Shown here piece by piece: positions 43,654-58,074 of a stretch of 64,000 nt of DNA (its first letter is position 1; every line of letters begins with the position of its first letter). The stretch lies in NCBI RefSeq assembly GCF_009914755.1, contig NC_060929.1; one strand, 5' to 3'. The notes below the pieces were generated by a model. That model saw nothing but the letters and a program-made list of their open reading frames with translations. It was not told the origin of the DNA and did no database searches. Position numbers and translations under genes: made by a program. Source of the DNA: the human T2T-CHM13v2.0 reference genome, Homo sapiens.

Positions 43654-46249
43654 ATGGCAACTTCTTAGTAGTTATTTTATTTATGTAGATATTATTTATG
43701 ACAACACTTTTCAGGATTTTTAATCATCAAATGTACCTGCAAAACCTTTAAGAAAAATGTGGAATATGCAAATGTATCAGGAATTATGTCCATTTTCTGT
43801 TAAATAGCAGAGACCTGGCTACAATGGCTTAAACCATTACCATTTTACTTTCCTACCAAACATCTAATGAAGATGTCAGTACATCAGGGCTCATATAGTA
43901 GTATCACAAAGTAAAATGAAGTTTCATTTATAAGTTTTGTTATGCTAATTTGTGGATTTTATCCTGAAAACAACCCAATGTCACAAAACTGGGCTGTTGG
44001 AGTTCCATCATTACACACAATTTCCAAGCAGAAAAATAAAACAGGGAAGTGGCAAAATGGATGCTCCTCCAAGTTCATTTAGAACCCTTTACAGGACTTT
44101 TCTCATAGTACACTCCAAAATTAGACCTACATTTCACTGGCTTCCCCAGTGAAGTAAAGGCTGAGAAATACAGGCACATAGTATAAGATTATAATCCTTC
44201 CCCAACTAACTAAATGGGGTTCTGTTACTAAGAAAGAATATCAATTCTTATAATAAATAAATAAATTTTGCCAGAGGTTTTTCAAACTATGAGAACTTAT
44301 TTTCATAAAATGCTACTATCTCTAGAAACATGCATTCTTTATAACACAGTTATGAAAACACTGGTTTAGTCAATCTCTTTTAGATATATTTTCCCAGTGT
44401 AACAACATGTCAACATGTTGGTTGACAAACCAACAACAAATTGGTTTCCAATTACCCAAGAAGTAAATTTCAGATCACTGTATATTTGATATTCTATTAG
44501 ATCAAAGCCTACTTTTTCAGATAATTTTATGTGTTCCCCTTGATTATGTGCATTTATGAAACATTTCCTTTGGGATAATAATAATAATCCTTTTTTCTTT
44601 AGAGATATTTTCCAGAAACTCATCCTTTTCCTTCCAAAAGACCAAAGTCTAGAAGCACCTGGAATGCAGCATGGATCAGCTATATCCTCATGCTACATGA
44701 TTGATTTAGGCACTTCTACTCATCGTATTGTGTAGACATGATACATCTGTTGTCTGATGACACCATTAAAAGATAAAAAGAAAAAAGAAATGTTATGTGC
44801 TGTATTTCAGCCAATGTGTAGAGCGACACTTTTCAAACAATGCAGATAAAAACCACCAATCATTTTGTCCCATGACTGAACCTAACAATCTTTGAAATAC
44901 TGCAACTCTCTATCAACTGATGACAAAGCCGTCTGCTTCATAAGTGAAGGAACATCTGCGGCATAAAGATGCTTCATTACAATATGGGCTGCATATTGCA
45001 CAAATATCCTGGCTCAGGAGCTGGGTAGTTCCAAGGTTCAACTCCTGGCCCAGGCATTGGCTAGCTGGGAAATCCCAAACAAAGGACTTCACTTCTGTGA
45101 GCATTCATTTCTGTCTCTGAAAGGAGCACTGCAGCATTTTATTGAGCACTTTTGAAGTTTAGAAAAAATATGTAAAGCAGTGAGCTTAGTTCTTGGAAGA
45201 TGAGTCTCTCAATAATTTGTTGGGTTTTTTGTTTGTTTGTTTTTCTTCTTGTCTTCTGCCTCCTCCTTCTCTTTTTCCTTATATTTATATTTTATTTTAG
45301 TAGCATCAGAAGTATCTATGTTTTAGTAGTAATAGAAACAGTGTAATTAGTTGTAATAATACTTAGTTCTATTTCAGAAGTTTCTAAGTAAAGGTATTTT
45401 TTTCTCATTCTGTTCTAGAAATCCATACACCTGCATTTTCCAGTGCAAATGTATTCCTTACTTTCAGAATACTCATGGCATCAATAAACTTTAAGACTTT
45501 TAAAAATAATGAGGAAAGTGAAAGAATTCATAAAGTTAAAGAGAAAGCAGCTACCCTATTTGATTACCTTACTGTGGTCTATAATTTCCAGTATGATTTT
45601 GTGCCAGCACAAAGGGCTAAATTCATTAAATATCCATTTTTTCTCATCCATTATGTCCCAGCCATACTGCTTTTCTTTCTCTTTCTGGAAAAGAAAATCA
45701 AATGTATTAAATCCTAGGGTCTCTTCTATTGCTGTTTTGTCTTTTGCTCTCTTTCCTTTCCTCTTCCCCTCTTTCTTCTTTTCCCCTCCCTCTCACTCCT
45801 TTTCACTCCCTCTCCTTTTCCTTGTCATCTGACATGTCCTTTCCCAAAAATTCTACATTGAAGACCTTATACCAAATGTTATCACTTCATAAAGACTTTT
45901 CCTGACTATTATAATTAAAGAAGTGTTAGTTTATTTCACTGTCCTTCTTATTTAGCTTCATAGTATATATAACCATCTGGAATTTATACAAACACACACA
46001 CACACACATTCACATATTTGTTCCTGTTTCTGCTCAGTACCAAGAGAAGAAGGAAATTGACAGTCATAGTCAGAACTGTATTCCTGGTAAGTAGAATAAT
46101 ATCTGTCACATAGAGGGTGCTTACTATATGAATAAATGAGTTAACGCTAAGTGTGTCTTTATTAAACAGGAAGAAAGGAAATCTCAGGCTATTTTTTAGT
46201 TTTCCCTTATTGAGTTATTTTATCTTCTTATCACTTTATCTGACTGCAT

Positions 46250-46760
46250 TGTATCAAGAGCTATGCAATGTCTAATGCCTTACCCTACTTGCAAGCTAAC
46301 ACTTTCTCTTCCTGCAGTTTCATAACTGCTGGAAGAAGATGCAAGACTTCTGGGTAGGAGACAAAGTGCTTTATTATTCATGGGACAGCAAACAGCATGA
46401 CATCGTGTTTGCATCAGTGCCCTTTACCCCAATTCCCACAGGGCAACGTGAAGAGGGCCAAGTGACATCTACAGATGAAATTGGGTGAATTACAGTAGAT
46501 AGATCCTCAATTTAGGAAACCCACCTCTTTCACTATGAGAAGTAAGTGTACCTGCCCCTTGCAGAGAGGAACACTATCTCTATCTTCCATGGCTATGAGC
46601 AAATCTGCTGTTTCTTCAGGAGAGAGACACTACCTCTATCTTCCAAGGCTGTTTATTACAGAGAAATACTTGAAAAGATAATCTGGAATAAAGGCAATCA
46701 AAATCTGTGTTCAGAGAATGTGCAGAAATGCAAGATACACACAGTGAATTGTCTCCCAAT
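46250..46760. mobile_element. ERVL-type solo LTR (MER54/74/89-like)
   Basis: gagacaaagtgctttattattca, duplicated acactatctctatcttcca, end gaattgtctcccaata. Confidence 0.6.
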
Positions 46761-47739
46761 AAGTCCCTCTAATTCTTACACTTCAGTCCAGAAATCTATT
46801 TTGCACTTCAAGATTAAATCTTATGTATGACTTTTAAAAACCATTTGTTTTCTCTGAATACTCCTGGTCTTCATGGAACTAAGAGTCTTGTATTACTAAA
46901 TAAGAAAACCCAGATTCTCTGTCTCCAAAAACGTATTCCCAGCCCCACCCCATCCTAGTGATTACAGTCTCATAAGTAGTTTAAGTGCTGCCAGTGTTTT
47001 TCAGGCTGATATCCTAAGTAAAGCAGACAGGAGATAATCAAGTAATACTTCCCAATGAGAATGGAAGACTGGTTAATCTTTGAAGCATTTACAAATATGA
47101 AACCCAGCAGGAGAAATTAAAGCATGATTGCAGTCACAAAAATCCTCTCATGTGAATAATTACTATTGGTGTTTGTAATAATCAAAATGTTCCTAATCAG
47201 CATGGCTTCAATACTCTGGAGCTAGAAATGTGCTTCTCTTAGTTTGGAATGCAGTCACAATTTATAGTTAGAGTCAGGACTCAAGAAGGGAAGTTGTATT
47301 TCACTAGATATCTAAGCACCAGTACTTGAGCTATCAAGTATTTGAAATTGTTCAGTAAAAACTTTTTACTTTATCCATAAAGAAGGTATAAACTGATACA
47401 TAGGGAAAAATGTTCTTGCTTAATTTCTGCAATAATAGACCTAATCATTAGTATTGAAAGAAGAAATAGAGAAAGAGAGTTACACATAATTCACAAACTG
47501 CAACATTAGCATATTATTTTTACATACACAGAGATTCATGTAGCCTAGGAGTAATCGTGCATTCTAACTGCATCTCCAGTAACGGTACCTACAGTGATGC
47601 TTTCCTTGAATTACTGGTTTCTAACCTTAAGATAAATACAAAGTATTAACTTCAATCTATAAATTTAGAAACTGAGTCTCAGAGAGGTTTTTAGTTATAA
47701 TTTAATAAGAATATACATTATCAGTTAAGGTCTAAAAAG

Positions 47740-47935
47740 TTTTATTGAATATTTATCATGTGCCAGAAACTGTGCTAAGTACTTTAGCTAAGTTATATAA
47801 TTTAGACCTCATAAGAAAACATTTGAGATGGCTATTATATCTGATCTTCAGGTGAAAAATCAGATATTAGATGGTTAAGTAACTTGTCTCAGCTCAGTAC
47901 TTAGTTGAGCCACGTTTGCCTGAAACTGGCCTGTT
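47740..47935 (-). mobile_element. MIR
   Basis: tttattgaatatttatcatgtgccagaaactgtgctaagtactt...ggttaagtaacttgtc. Confidence 0.75.
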
Positions 47936-48851
47936 ATAACTCCACCCAGATGTTTCTTTCATTGTGTTTGTGTTGAATGAAAATCTCTCTGCCATCTTTC
48001 TGCCCACCCAAGCCTGGAAATTTAGCACCTATCTCCACCCTCTACCCTCATTTGATCTCAAGAGATGTAGAAAAATTGCCCACTTTACTGTACCATACTA
48101 CAGGACAATCAAGTTAATCTTCACTACCTACTCTTCTGAAAGGCAAATATATTTAAGGGGAGTGAGAAACAAGATATGCTAACTTTATCCACCGGGACTC
48201 AATAGTAAAATGTAATGATCAAAGTTCTAAACTTAGAAGCATTTCAACAAAATCTTGAAAAAATATTATTGATGACTTAACCTGATTTTTTGTTCATTAG
48301 ACAGAAACCTATGCTCTCAACTCATAGAATATATCAATGGATGTCCAAAATGTATATTCATATATGGAAAAAGTGTTGTATTTCTTTTAGAATGATATAA
48401 AGAAGAGATACTTTTTTCTTGACCATGAAGTTAACCATTTATGTCTCCAGAAACACTGAATGGATGTGGTACATTATGTAGGGGTGAAAACAAAGGAACT
48501 TGAGACATTTAAATTTATTCTCCAGTTTAAAAGTTACTCTCCTTGCTGAGGCTATGTGGGACAAAATATTTGCACATGAGAGAAAGAGCATCCTTGATGG
48601 AATTTTGGAGCTGATTACTTACATAACTGTTGTGCAAAAGTATAGAGCCAAATGTAAACATCCTTCAACACAGGGGATAAGAGGGGTTCATTTAACAATG
48701 AGGCTATGAGAATTACAAAACTAGTGAAGAGTTCCAAAGTGTAGAGACAGCAAAGTAAACAGAGTACTCTGGTTTCCATAAATATGCTACTAACATGCTC
48801 AAACATATGTTCCCTAGGGTATGTAGAAACACAAAACGATTTCTCCCTGAA

Positions 48852-49022
48852 ACAACAACAACAACAGGAGCAGAAGCAGCAGAAGATGAAGACAAAGACA
48901 GAGATGAAGACAAAGAAGAAGGAAGAAGAAGAAGAAGAAGAAGAAGAAGAAGAAGAAGAAGAAGAAGAAGAAGAAGAAGAAGAAGAAGAAGGGGAGGAGG
49001 AGGAAGGAGGAGGAGGAGGAAG
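48852..49022 (+). repeat. Compound trinucleotide repeat (CAA)n...(GAA)23 (48922-48990)...(GGA)n
   Basis: Directly visible; explains the overlapping low-complexity ORFs. Confidence 0.97.
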
Positions 49023-49499
49023 ATGTAAGTATACATGTAGGTAACATTGCAAAAGTGATTTGGTATTTATAATGTGCATTAGACAGTTTTTCTTACTCAA
49101 ACATATCTCTTTAGTTGACTGACAGTTTCAATTTCCAATCATTTGTTGTTGAATTTACAGTAGACCTCTAAGCATGTTATTTGGAAAAATGTTTAAGATT
49201 CTGAACTATCTTATTACCGAAGAGAAGTGTTACTCTTGGATGGCTATATAATTAGGAAGACAAAGAAAGTGAGTATGAGCTTCTAGCACTATGCTTCCAC
49301 TTACTTCTCAACTTCTAGAAGTGAATGAAATCGCAACAATTTTGAGAACCCAACTCTTCTTCGGTGATAATTATAACAAACCTGTCTTTGTAAACCTAGA
49401 GTTCAGACTTTGGGATTTTAAGCGAACTCTGGGTGGCATTGATTTATGTCTTCTATATCTAGGAATCTAAATGTCATTATTTTCTTTTTCTTTTGTTAT

Positions 49500-50750
49500 T
49501 ATTTCCTGAAAAATTTTTACAAAAGATATATATATATATATATATATACTCACAAAAAATCATACCTAATGTAACGGATAAAATAAAAAGAGATAATTCA
49601 TGTTAATAGTTTTACGTATATGAAATGCATATCATTGCATATTCATTTTAGACCTATACTTTATCTTGTATATTATATATATTTTGTAAAATACGAATAA
49701 TACTATTTAGATCTTCGCTCATTGAATCAGCTAACCGTGAAAATGTCTTTTTGCATCAATGGATAAATATATACCTCATTTTTTAAATGCTCATTTAATT
49801 TCATGATGGGAACATACCAAAATTTATTAAACTATTTTCCTATTCTCAGACATTTAATATGGCTCTGATTTTAAAAGCATTTGCATTAATCCTACATTAA
49901 ACTTCCATATGCTTATACCCTGCCACACTTGCATTCAAATATCTGTAGAATGGATTTCTAGAACTAGGATACTGATTTAAAATTTGTATACAGTATACTG
50001 ATAATTTGATAGCCACTAACAGATTGCCATTTTTACAACCAACAACTCAAATAAATACTGAATAGCATCACTTTTTTAAAAAGTTTTCATTAGTCTGATA
50101 ACTGTGACTGTTTTAGTTTGTGTTTCTATGATCACAATTGCTGCTGAATATCTTCTCTCATGTTTATTGGCCACTGGTGAAATTTCCTTGTTGACCTATG
50201 GTTTTGTCCTGTGTTCTCATTTTTATGTGCATTGTCTGATTTTTTTTAATTGAATTCATTAATGCATAGGATATTTGTAGGTTCCTTCTTTCACCAGTAA
50301 ATCATTTTTATTTCTATTTGGGGGTGTGAATTTAATTTTAATGTTTTTGTTTACTTGTGTTTTTGTTTTATTTTATTATAATGTCTGTAATCCTTTTCCA
50401 TGTATTAAATAATAAATTACACTGCTTTGGAAAGCTTCCTTTCCATATACAATTTCTTGATTATCCATGGGTCCTTTCCTGGATTCTTCATTGTGATTAT
50501 AGCTGTGCAAGTCTTTCTGTGCCAGAATTATTGAGTTTTATTTACTATAGCTTCATGTATATTTTTATATCTGGTAAAATCTCTAAGCCTTGATTTGATG
50601 GTTTTGCTCACATTAACTCCTTCAGAGAACTTCTGGATTGATTTAACTAGTTCTAAAAATAAACTGATTGGTTTATTCAGTGTATTTTTAAAGATTATGT
50701 ATACAATAAGTTTTGGAAACTGCAAGTTAGTGTACACATGTGTAGGTATG
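49500..50750 (-). mobile_element. Highly degraded L1ME-like segment
   Basis: Residual motifs such as tctcatgtttattggcca and tatagcttcatgtatatttttatatctggta. Confidence 0.55.
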
Positions 50751-52335
50751 AATTCCTCAAATGGGCAGGAGAAAGTTTGCCTGAACAGGCATGTCCTTTT
50801 AATATAGTGTGCCGCTAAATGAGGAAATCTCAAATTTGGATTTAGATTTGGAAACCAGATAAAAACAATGATGAGTACAAACGACAGTTACTGAAGCTTC
50901 TTCAAATAAAAATGTGATAAAGAAATAACTACTTATATTTTCTAGGAGTCATGTTTATTAAACTGTTATGTAAAATTTTAGTTTTCCTTGACATCTGACA
51001 TGCTGAACTTTGAGAACTATATTTATTTTTTATGTCTGCATTAATATACTTTAATAGAAGAGCAACCTTAGAGTGAAAATTATCTTTCAAAAGGAAAGAA
51101 TGAGAACAGAATTTGTGACTACAATTTCAAATTTTACAACCACATTCTCTACCTGTACTCATGCATTGCTGTTGTAGAGGAGTTACTGCAAAGTTTATAA
51201 AAATCTTGTACTAAAATGTTCTTCTTTTTCCCTCTACATTTTCCTGGTACTTCACAAGCTCTTATCAAGGGAGATATTAGTTCATCTTTTGTTTTTTGTT
51301 TTTTTTTAATTTTCTTTTGTTTTTATATACTTTTCAGAGTAAATTACACATTGATTTTAGGAAACATAAGAAATAGCCCCATCTTGTAATGTTTGTTTGT
51401 TTGTTTTTGGAATTAATGGGGCCTTCCATGAGCATATATATGGGAAGCAGATTCCCTTCTATCTGAAAACAGGGCTTGTATTTGAGCCCTCTTTAAGACT
51501 TTGACAAAAGCTTTCTGAACCTTGACTAACCTTCCCCAACCATGTTCCTCCAAAGCCACAGGGCAATTCTACTGAATTCGCTGACTTGTTTGGGAGCCTG
51601 ACAAAATTTTCTCCAGGCAATGAAATCATAATTTAAACATATGGCTGTCAGACTGACTTAGGACTGTTCAATCTGTGAAATAGCTAGGTTTCCTAGAGGT
51701 ATCTAGTCTCCCAAGGTCATACAAAGAGTAACTATAATATTTTAGCGTAGTTCACAGAGCTAATAATGAAGGATAAGAACAGAACATCATTCCAGTTCCT
51801 AATTCTCAGTCACTGTTTCCAAGTTTTGACTTTATTTCACTTTGATAGTTTAGAAAAAGTACAAACTTTTAACCCAAATTGGTTTATATAGAAATTATAA
51901 AACAAAACAAAATGTTTTGTTTTGTTTTCAATACAATCATAGTTGATTTTTGTGTTTAATTTGAATTTAAGAACATTGATATGATTCACTTGATTCATAA
52001 TAGAGTGAATTTGCTTGCTAGAATATTCTAAAAAATAAATAAAACAAAAATATGGTATAAAAATGAGCCTCTATGATAGCAATCCCTGATTCTTTCTTTG
52101 TCTAGTAAAAGTTGGTTTTCATTTCAGAATTTGCTGAATCCAAACTACATGGCTTCTTTTTCGGTATTCCTTTCTGATGTTTTGTAAATGGTTTTTTGCT
52201 TCAGCAATACCTACTCCAGTTGTTAATAAACATGTAAAACATGGCAAGCATAGGTTAGTTTCCTTTAATTTCTTATTCATTGTTTTTCATTCAATTTGTT
52301 TTGCATTCCATTTTATTTGATTTGAATTTTAAAAC

Positions 52336-52600
52336 CTTCCCTTCCTCCCTCCCTCCCTCCCTTCTTTCTTTCTTCTTTCTTTCTTTCTTTCCTTCCTTCG
52401 TTCCTTCCTTCTTTCCTTCCTTCGTGCCTGCCTGCTTTCTTTCTTTCCTTGTTTCTTTCCTTCTCACTCTCTTTCTTTCTCTCTCTTTCCTTCCTTCCTT
52501 CCTTTCTTTCTTTCCTTCCTTCCTTACTTCTTTCCTTCCCTTCCTCCCTTCCTTCCTCCCTTCCTTCCTTTTTTCCTTTCTTTCTTTCTTTCTTTCTTTC

Positions 52601-52668
<68 letters not shown>

Positions 52669-52724
52669 TCCTTCCTTCCTTCCTTCTTTCCTTCCCTTCC
52701 TCCCTTCCTTCATTTCTTTCTTTC

Positions 52725-52778
<54 letters not shown>

Positions 52779-52858
52779 TTTCTTTTGTCTTTCCTTTCTT
52801 TCTGTCTTTCCTTTCTTTCTGACTTTCTTTCTCTCTTTCTTCCTTTCTTCCTTTCTCT
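52336..52858 (+). repeat. ~520-bp (TTTC)n/(TTCC)n polypyrimidine tract
   Basis: Directly visible. Confidence 0.97.
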
Positions 52859-53520
52859 AAACCTTATTGTCTTGTTAGTAAAAATACTTTAGCAGAAGTT
52901 GGATGGAGAAAGAATATTTTTCTTACTGTTGTGATGCTAAGGTTGAGTTTAACAATAGCTTGGGCCTTAAGCATTTTGTCTTTGGTCCTACCGCCTGCTG
53001 AGTTGAGTTTCTCTAAAATAATGAATTCACTTTCCTTGCAAATGCCAATTCTTCCTTGCTTCAGGCCTCAACCATATGATGAAAAAAACCCAAATGGTTA
53101 GTCTGGTATTTGATAAATTTTGGCTGAGTTTGAGTGTGGTGGTTCAACTGCAAAGCCTCAAATGAATTGGTTGCCATAGGCAAAAATCTTAATTTTATTA
53201 TTCAAAAAGCTAAGAATTATACTAGAAAAACTTACTTGTTATCATAGACTGTTACACTGTAATGCTTGTGTTAACAATAACCATACATATCAATTGTTGA
53301 GAATATTTTAATTTGCTAACTACTTTACCAGTATTATTTCACAAATATTCCATGTAAAATGAAAGTATTAAATCTCTATTACAAATAAAGATACTAAAGT
53401 TCAAAGAAGTGGCCCAACTTAACATCCGTAAATAATCTACCTAGAAAAAAAGGACAGTTTTGCTTCCAAATTTCTTTTTTTAATACTACATTAGGCAGCT
53501 TTCCTAAAAAAATATATATA

Positions 53521-53819
53521 TTTTTTCTTTTTTTTTGAGATGAAGTTTCCCTTTTGTGGCCCAGGATGGAGTGCAATGGCGGGATCTTGGCTCACTACAA
53601 CCTCCGCCTCCCAGGTTCAAGTAATTCTCCTGGCTCGGCCTTCTGAGTAGCTGAGATTACAGGCATGTACCACCATGCTTGGCTAATTTTTATATTTTTA
53701 GTAGAGGTGGATTTTCGCCATGTTGGCCAGGCTGGTCTTGAACTCCTGACCTCAAGTGATCCACCCACCTAAGCCAGCCAAAGTGCTGGGATTACAGGTG
53801 TGAGCCACCGTACCTGGCC
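53521..53819 (-). mobile_element. Alu (AluSq/Sp/Sx-like)
   Basis: Reverse Alu dimer gagatgaagtttcccttttg...gagccaccgtacctggcc. Confidence 0.93.
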
Positions 53820-54324
53820 TGAATATTTAATTTTTAATAATTCATAATAACTACATTTCATTGCTGCAGATATTTGTGATCAGAAACAGTATCAACAGTC
53901 TCTCATTACAGTTATACTCCCAGGCTATGTGGAGGGATTTACCTTCACTGCCTTATAATCAGGAACTTTTGGAAGCCACAAAATCTATTTCTACATTCAA
54001 ATCCAGATTCTGACTTATAAGCCATGTGTCTTTAGGAAAGTCTACTAATCTTACTGAACTCAGGTTCCCTATCTGTAAACAGCACCTTTATAAGAATGCA
54101 ATTACGAATATTATGTGAGATATAAGCAACGACAACAACAACAAAACTAGTAGAGTGTCAGGTATATTATAGCTACTAAATAATAACTTTTTTTTATGAG
54201 GAAGGGACTGTTATTTGGGAGTTATTTTTTCTTTTCCCTTAAATAAAATTTAAAGGTGGCCAACTTTATGTTGAAATTCCAATATTGAATGTGGTTAATC
54301 ACAAGCAGAAAAACCCACTCAATT

Positions 54325-54587
54325 CTTATTTATTTATTTATCTATTTTTTCTTTTCTTTTTTTTTTTTTTTTTTTTTTTGAGACAATATTTCTTGCTCTG
54401 TCACACAGGCTGGAGTGAAGTGACGCAATCTCGGCTCACTGCAACCTCCAGCTCCCAGGTTCAAGTGATTCTCCTTCTTCAGACTCCTGAGTACCTGGGA
54501 TTACCAGCATGTGCCACCACACCTAGCTAATTTTTGTATTTTTAGTAGAGACGGGTTTTCACCATGTTGGCCAGGCTGGTTTTGAAC
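54325..54587 (-). mobile_element. Alu (AluS), 5'-truncated
   Basis: T-rich tail, right arm and part of the left arm ending at ggctggttttgaac. Confidence 0.92.
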
Positions 54588-57500
54588 ATCTATTTATTCA
54601 TCCAGAGCATGCTTTCTGGGCCAAATCCCAAGTTTTCATAGGGGTCAGTCCACATTTCTGAGATTTGTATGAGCTTATCATTGATATATAATTACTCAAA
54701 CTTGAATATTACTCATTTTTAAAACTCTCGATCTCTCCCTACCCAAGCGGACACTCTCTCTCTCTCTCTGTCTCTCTGTCTCTCTGTCTCTCTCTCTCTG
54801 TCAAAGTTTATTTAGGTCAAAAAAGAGAGAGAGAGATAGGAGACAGGTAAAGATATCAGTATCAATTTAGAAGTATAGATATCAATATTGATATAGAGAT
54901 ATGGATATTGATAACTAGTAGAGTGTTTATATAGCTATAGACAAATAGATATCTATATCTATATTTACATATCTATATCTCTCTATATGTAGACATAGAG
55001 AGAGAGAAGGGAGAGGCTATGAAATTTTCTCTGCAGAGAAATCTTGGTGAATGTTATTCTAAGCAAAATTGGAAATGAGTTTGGTTAAGAGAGATGCTTT
55101 TGTGTAGTTGTAAATTATAGTAAAAATATAATTACATCCATTTTCTACATTTAACACAAGGGCACTAGTTATGTCTGGAGATATTTATGTACAGCCGTAA
55201 TAAAAGTGCATCTATATCCATAAATTTGTTTTCATTTCATTCCACACAACACAATTATTATAAACATCAAGAATTGGGAGCTATTGAACAGATGGTTTAT
55301 TAGTGTCCTAATTCTTGATCTTTATTCTAGTAAATCCTTCCATTTCATATCCTTTCCACAAATCCTATGGCCATTCAGGGCATGATGAATGATTTTTTAA
55401 ATGCTGCTTTAATGTTGATGTCATTTTTTTGTAAACAAATATGTAAATGCAGCTGTCCAGCAGGATAATGATACCACGTTAAACTCTTCAAATATTTAAA
55501 CTAGACATATCCTAACATGCCAGCAGGTTATGAATAAGCTGAATGCAGTTTCTTGCTACAAATATGCCTAATGGTTTTCATTATTTTTGATATATAATCT
55601 CTGTAAGTTGACTCTCTCACTTAGATCTATGTTTCTTTCTGCAAGATAGACACTTAGTCGTTGTTACTGATTGGATATGTATTCATTCTGTTAACTTTAA
55701 CAATGAAAAACATAAGTAAACATACATTCTTATGGTTTAAAAGGAGTTTACACATAGACTATGTGTGTGCATATATTTATGCACTTTAATTTTACCAAAG
55801 GAGACACATAAACATCCTGAATGCCTGATTTTAGCTATAAATTTTTTTTAATTGCATGTTTCCTCAATCAAGTTATATAGGATACAGCATTTTAAAGTAT
55901 TTAATCTAGAGAGTTGTGACAGCATTTTAATAAATTATATTTATTTTCTTACCTCCCTTCTGACTTACATTAGTCATCGTGTTACCAATTTTATTTGGAG
56001 AGTCAAAAAATTCTTCTTCAAGGATTTCAAAAATAATTTATATATTATTTGAACTTTTAAAATAAATAATTGTTTCTAATCATCAGCTTATTATCATTTT
56101 TCCTAACTCTGAATAAATCTGCATTTACCTTCTTGGGTTGATGGGTTAGACATCTGTGAAAAGAAAAGTCTTTGAAAGAAAATGGGTGAATCTGGGTTAC
56201 ATTTGAGTTGCTGATAAACTGAAAACTGCCAAAAGAGGAAAATTGGATAGTGCCCTATTTACATTACTGTTAAATAGACTCTGATTCTCACATACATATT
56301 TTTATTCCTGATGAGTATTTGTTGCATCTTATGGAAAAATAATGTAAATGTATCTTTTGGGAAGCCTGTGGTTGACTGTACTAGCTGTGGTTCGAACATT
56401 TGCTGTGGTTGGCTATATCCTGTATTATATTCTCTTCAAATGTTACTGGTTTAACGTGTATGTAAAATACTCTATGCCCAAGGCCCATGTAGGAAAATTT
56501 CCCCGACTCAACATCTTAAAAATAAAAACATGGGCCTAGGATTAAGATGGCACAGGAGCTAGCTTTTCCCACTACCTGTCTAAGTGAAAATTTTATTTCG
56601 ACAGTATGCAAAATGTTGACAGTACTATCAGTATTATTAGTTATTTAAACACGCTGTAGATAATGCACTAAAATGCAGAGAAAAGAATAATTTTATGGCA
56701 AGAAAAAAGAGAGAGGAAAATTGGCATTCATTAGATGTCTATTAGGTGTCACACAAGAGGGCTATCTGATTCACACTTGTTTTCCTATGTAATGCCACCA
56801 CCAGCTTATAAAATATCATTACTTCATTTGAAAACTTCAGAAAAGTTCAGCAATCTGCCCACGGCCTTACAGTTTTGAAACATCTGTGACTTCAAGTATA
56901 TATTCGTGCATAATCATTTATTGTGCCATGCTAACCTGGGTTCTACTTCTGTAAAGATCATGTGAAAACTTACGTAAGCTTTGTGACCTGTCAAAGTGGT
57001 TGGGGCAAACAATCTCTAAATTCCACTAGAGTGCCAAACACTTATGACTCAAATATACATAAATTTTGTTTTTGCTATATTTACCATGTTTCTCTGTATG
57101 CTGAAATACCAAACGAGACTTCCAGCCTGGGAAATATAATTTGCCTAAATAACCCAGATGACAAAGATGTCTAGATTAAGGTACAAAAATGTAACCTATT
57201 ACTTAAACCACTTTTATTTTCTTTTACTCCTACTGAGCTATTATTTCAATATCACTTATAAAAGAAGAGACATCCCTCTGGATATGCTAGTATAGTCAAT
57301 TAAACATGGTGGTCTGTATTATATACAGAGGGATTAGAAAAGTGGGACTACTTAAATGAGTGTAATGAAATATTCCATATAAATATTCATATATATAATG
57401 CATAATGCTAAAACACAATTTCATTGTAGATATCTGAGCCATTCAAATACACTTTAAAGGATCAATTTTTTCTGAGTTTCAACGAAAGTTTATTTGATAT

Positions 57501-58074
57501 TTTATTATTTTTACTTATTTCTTTTCCTTCACCCTACATTATTTTGTAAACTATAAAAAGACACACTGAATAAATGAGAACACTCTTGCTATTTTTTTCT
57601 CATTTGGTTCACGTTTAGTTAAAGAAAGTAAAAACGTTTCTCTGTTGAATAGAATCAGCACCACTTCATCAATTAGGTAAGGGCTTCCTGCCATTTAAAA
57701 TTGACAGTAAAAGCGAAAGGTACCAGACTGCAGCACTGGAGATAGAGTGATTAGGCATCCCTAGGATCCCTGGTTCTAGATTTGACCTCAAATTCTTTCT
57801 GCCAAGACTTTGTAACTGCTCAGAGGGCCTTGGCCACCGGCCTCATGAGACAAAAGAAAAGTAGCTTAAATCTCTGAAACGCTAAAGTAAGCCTGATTCT
57901 ATGTTGCAGTTGGATGTACTGGATCATCAAAATAAAACTCTTGCCATGAATAAATAATAATAAATACTCAGAGATGAGCTTTATGTGACTGACATAAAGG
58001 TGGTCAAGCATGGATATAAAATGAATGAAAAAGATTTTACTATGAGCTCACAGTCTCACAGTAAGGAAAGAGAG

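Noticed and set aside
48615-49100. Several overlapping ORFs up to 161 aa with poly-S/L/E/R/F
   Set aside because: Translations of the GAA/GGA microsatellite; no coding evidence.
52280-52892. Longest ORFs in the window (180, 147, 140 aa)
   Set aside because: Stop-free translations of the TTTC/TTCC tract.
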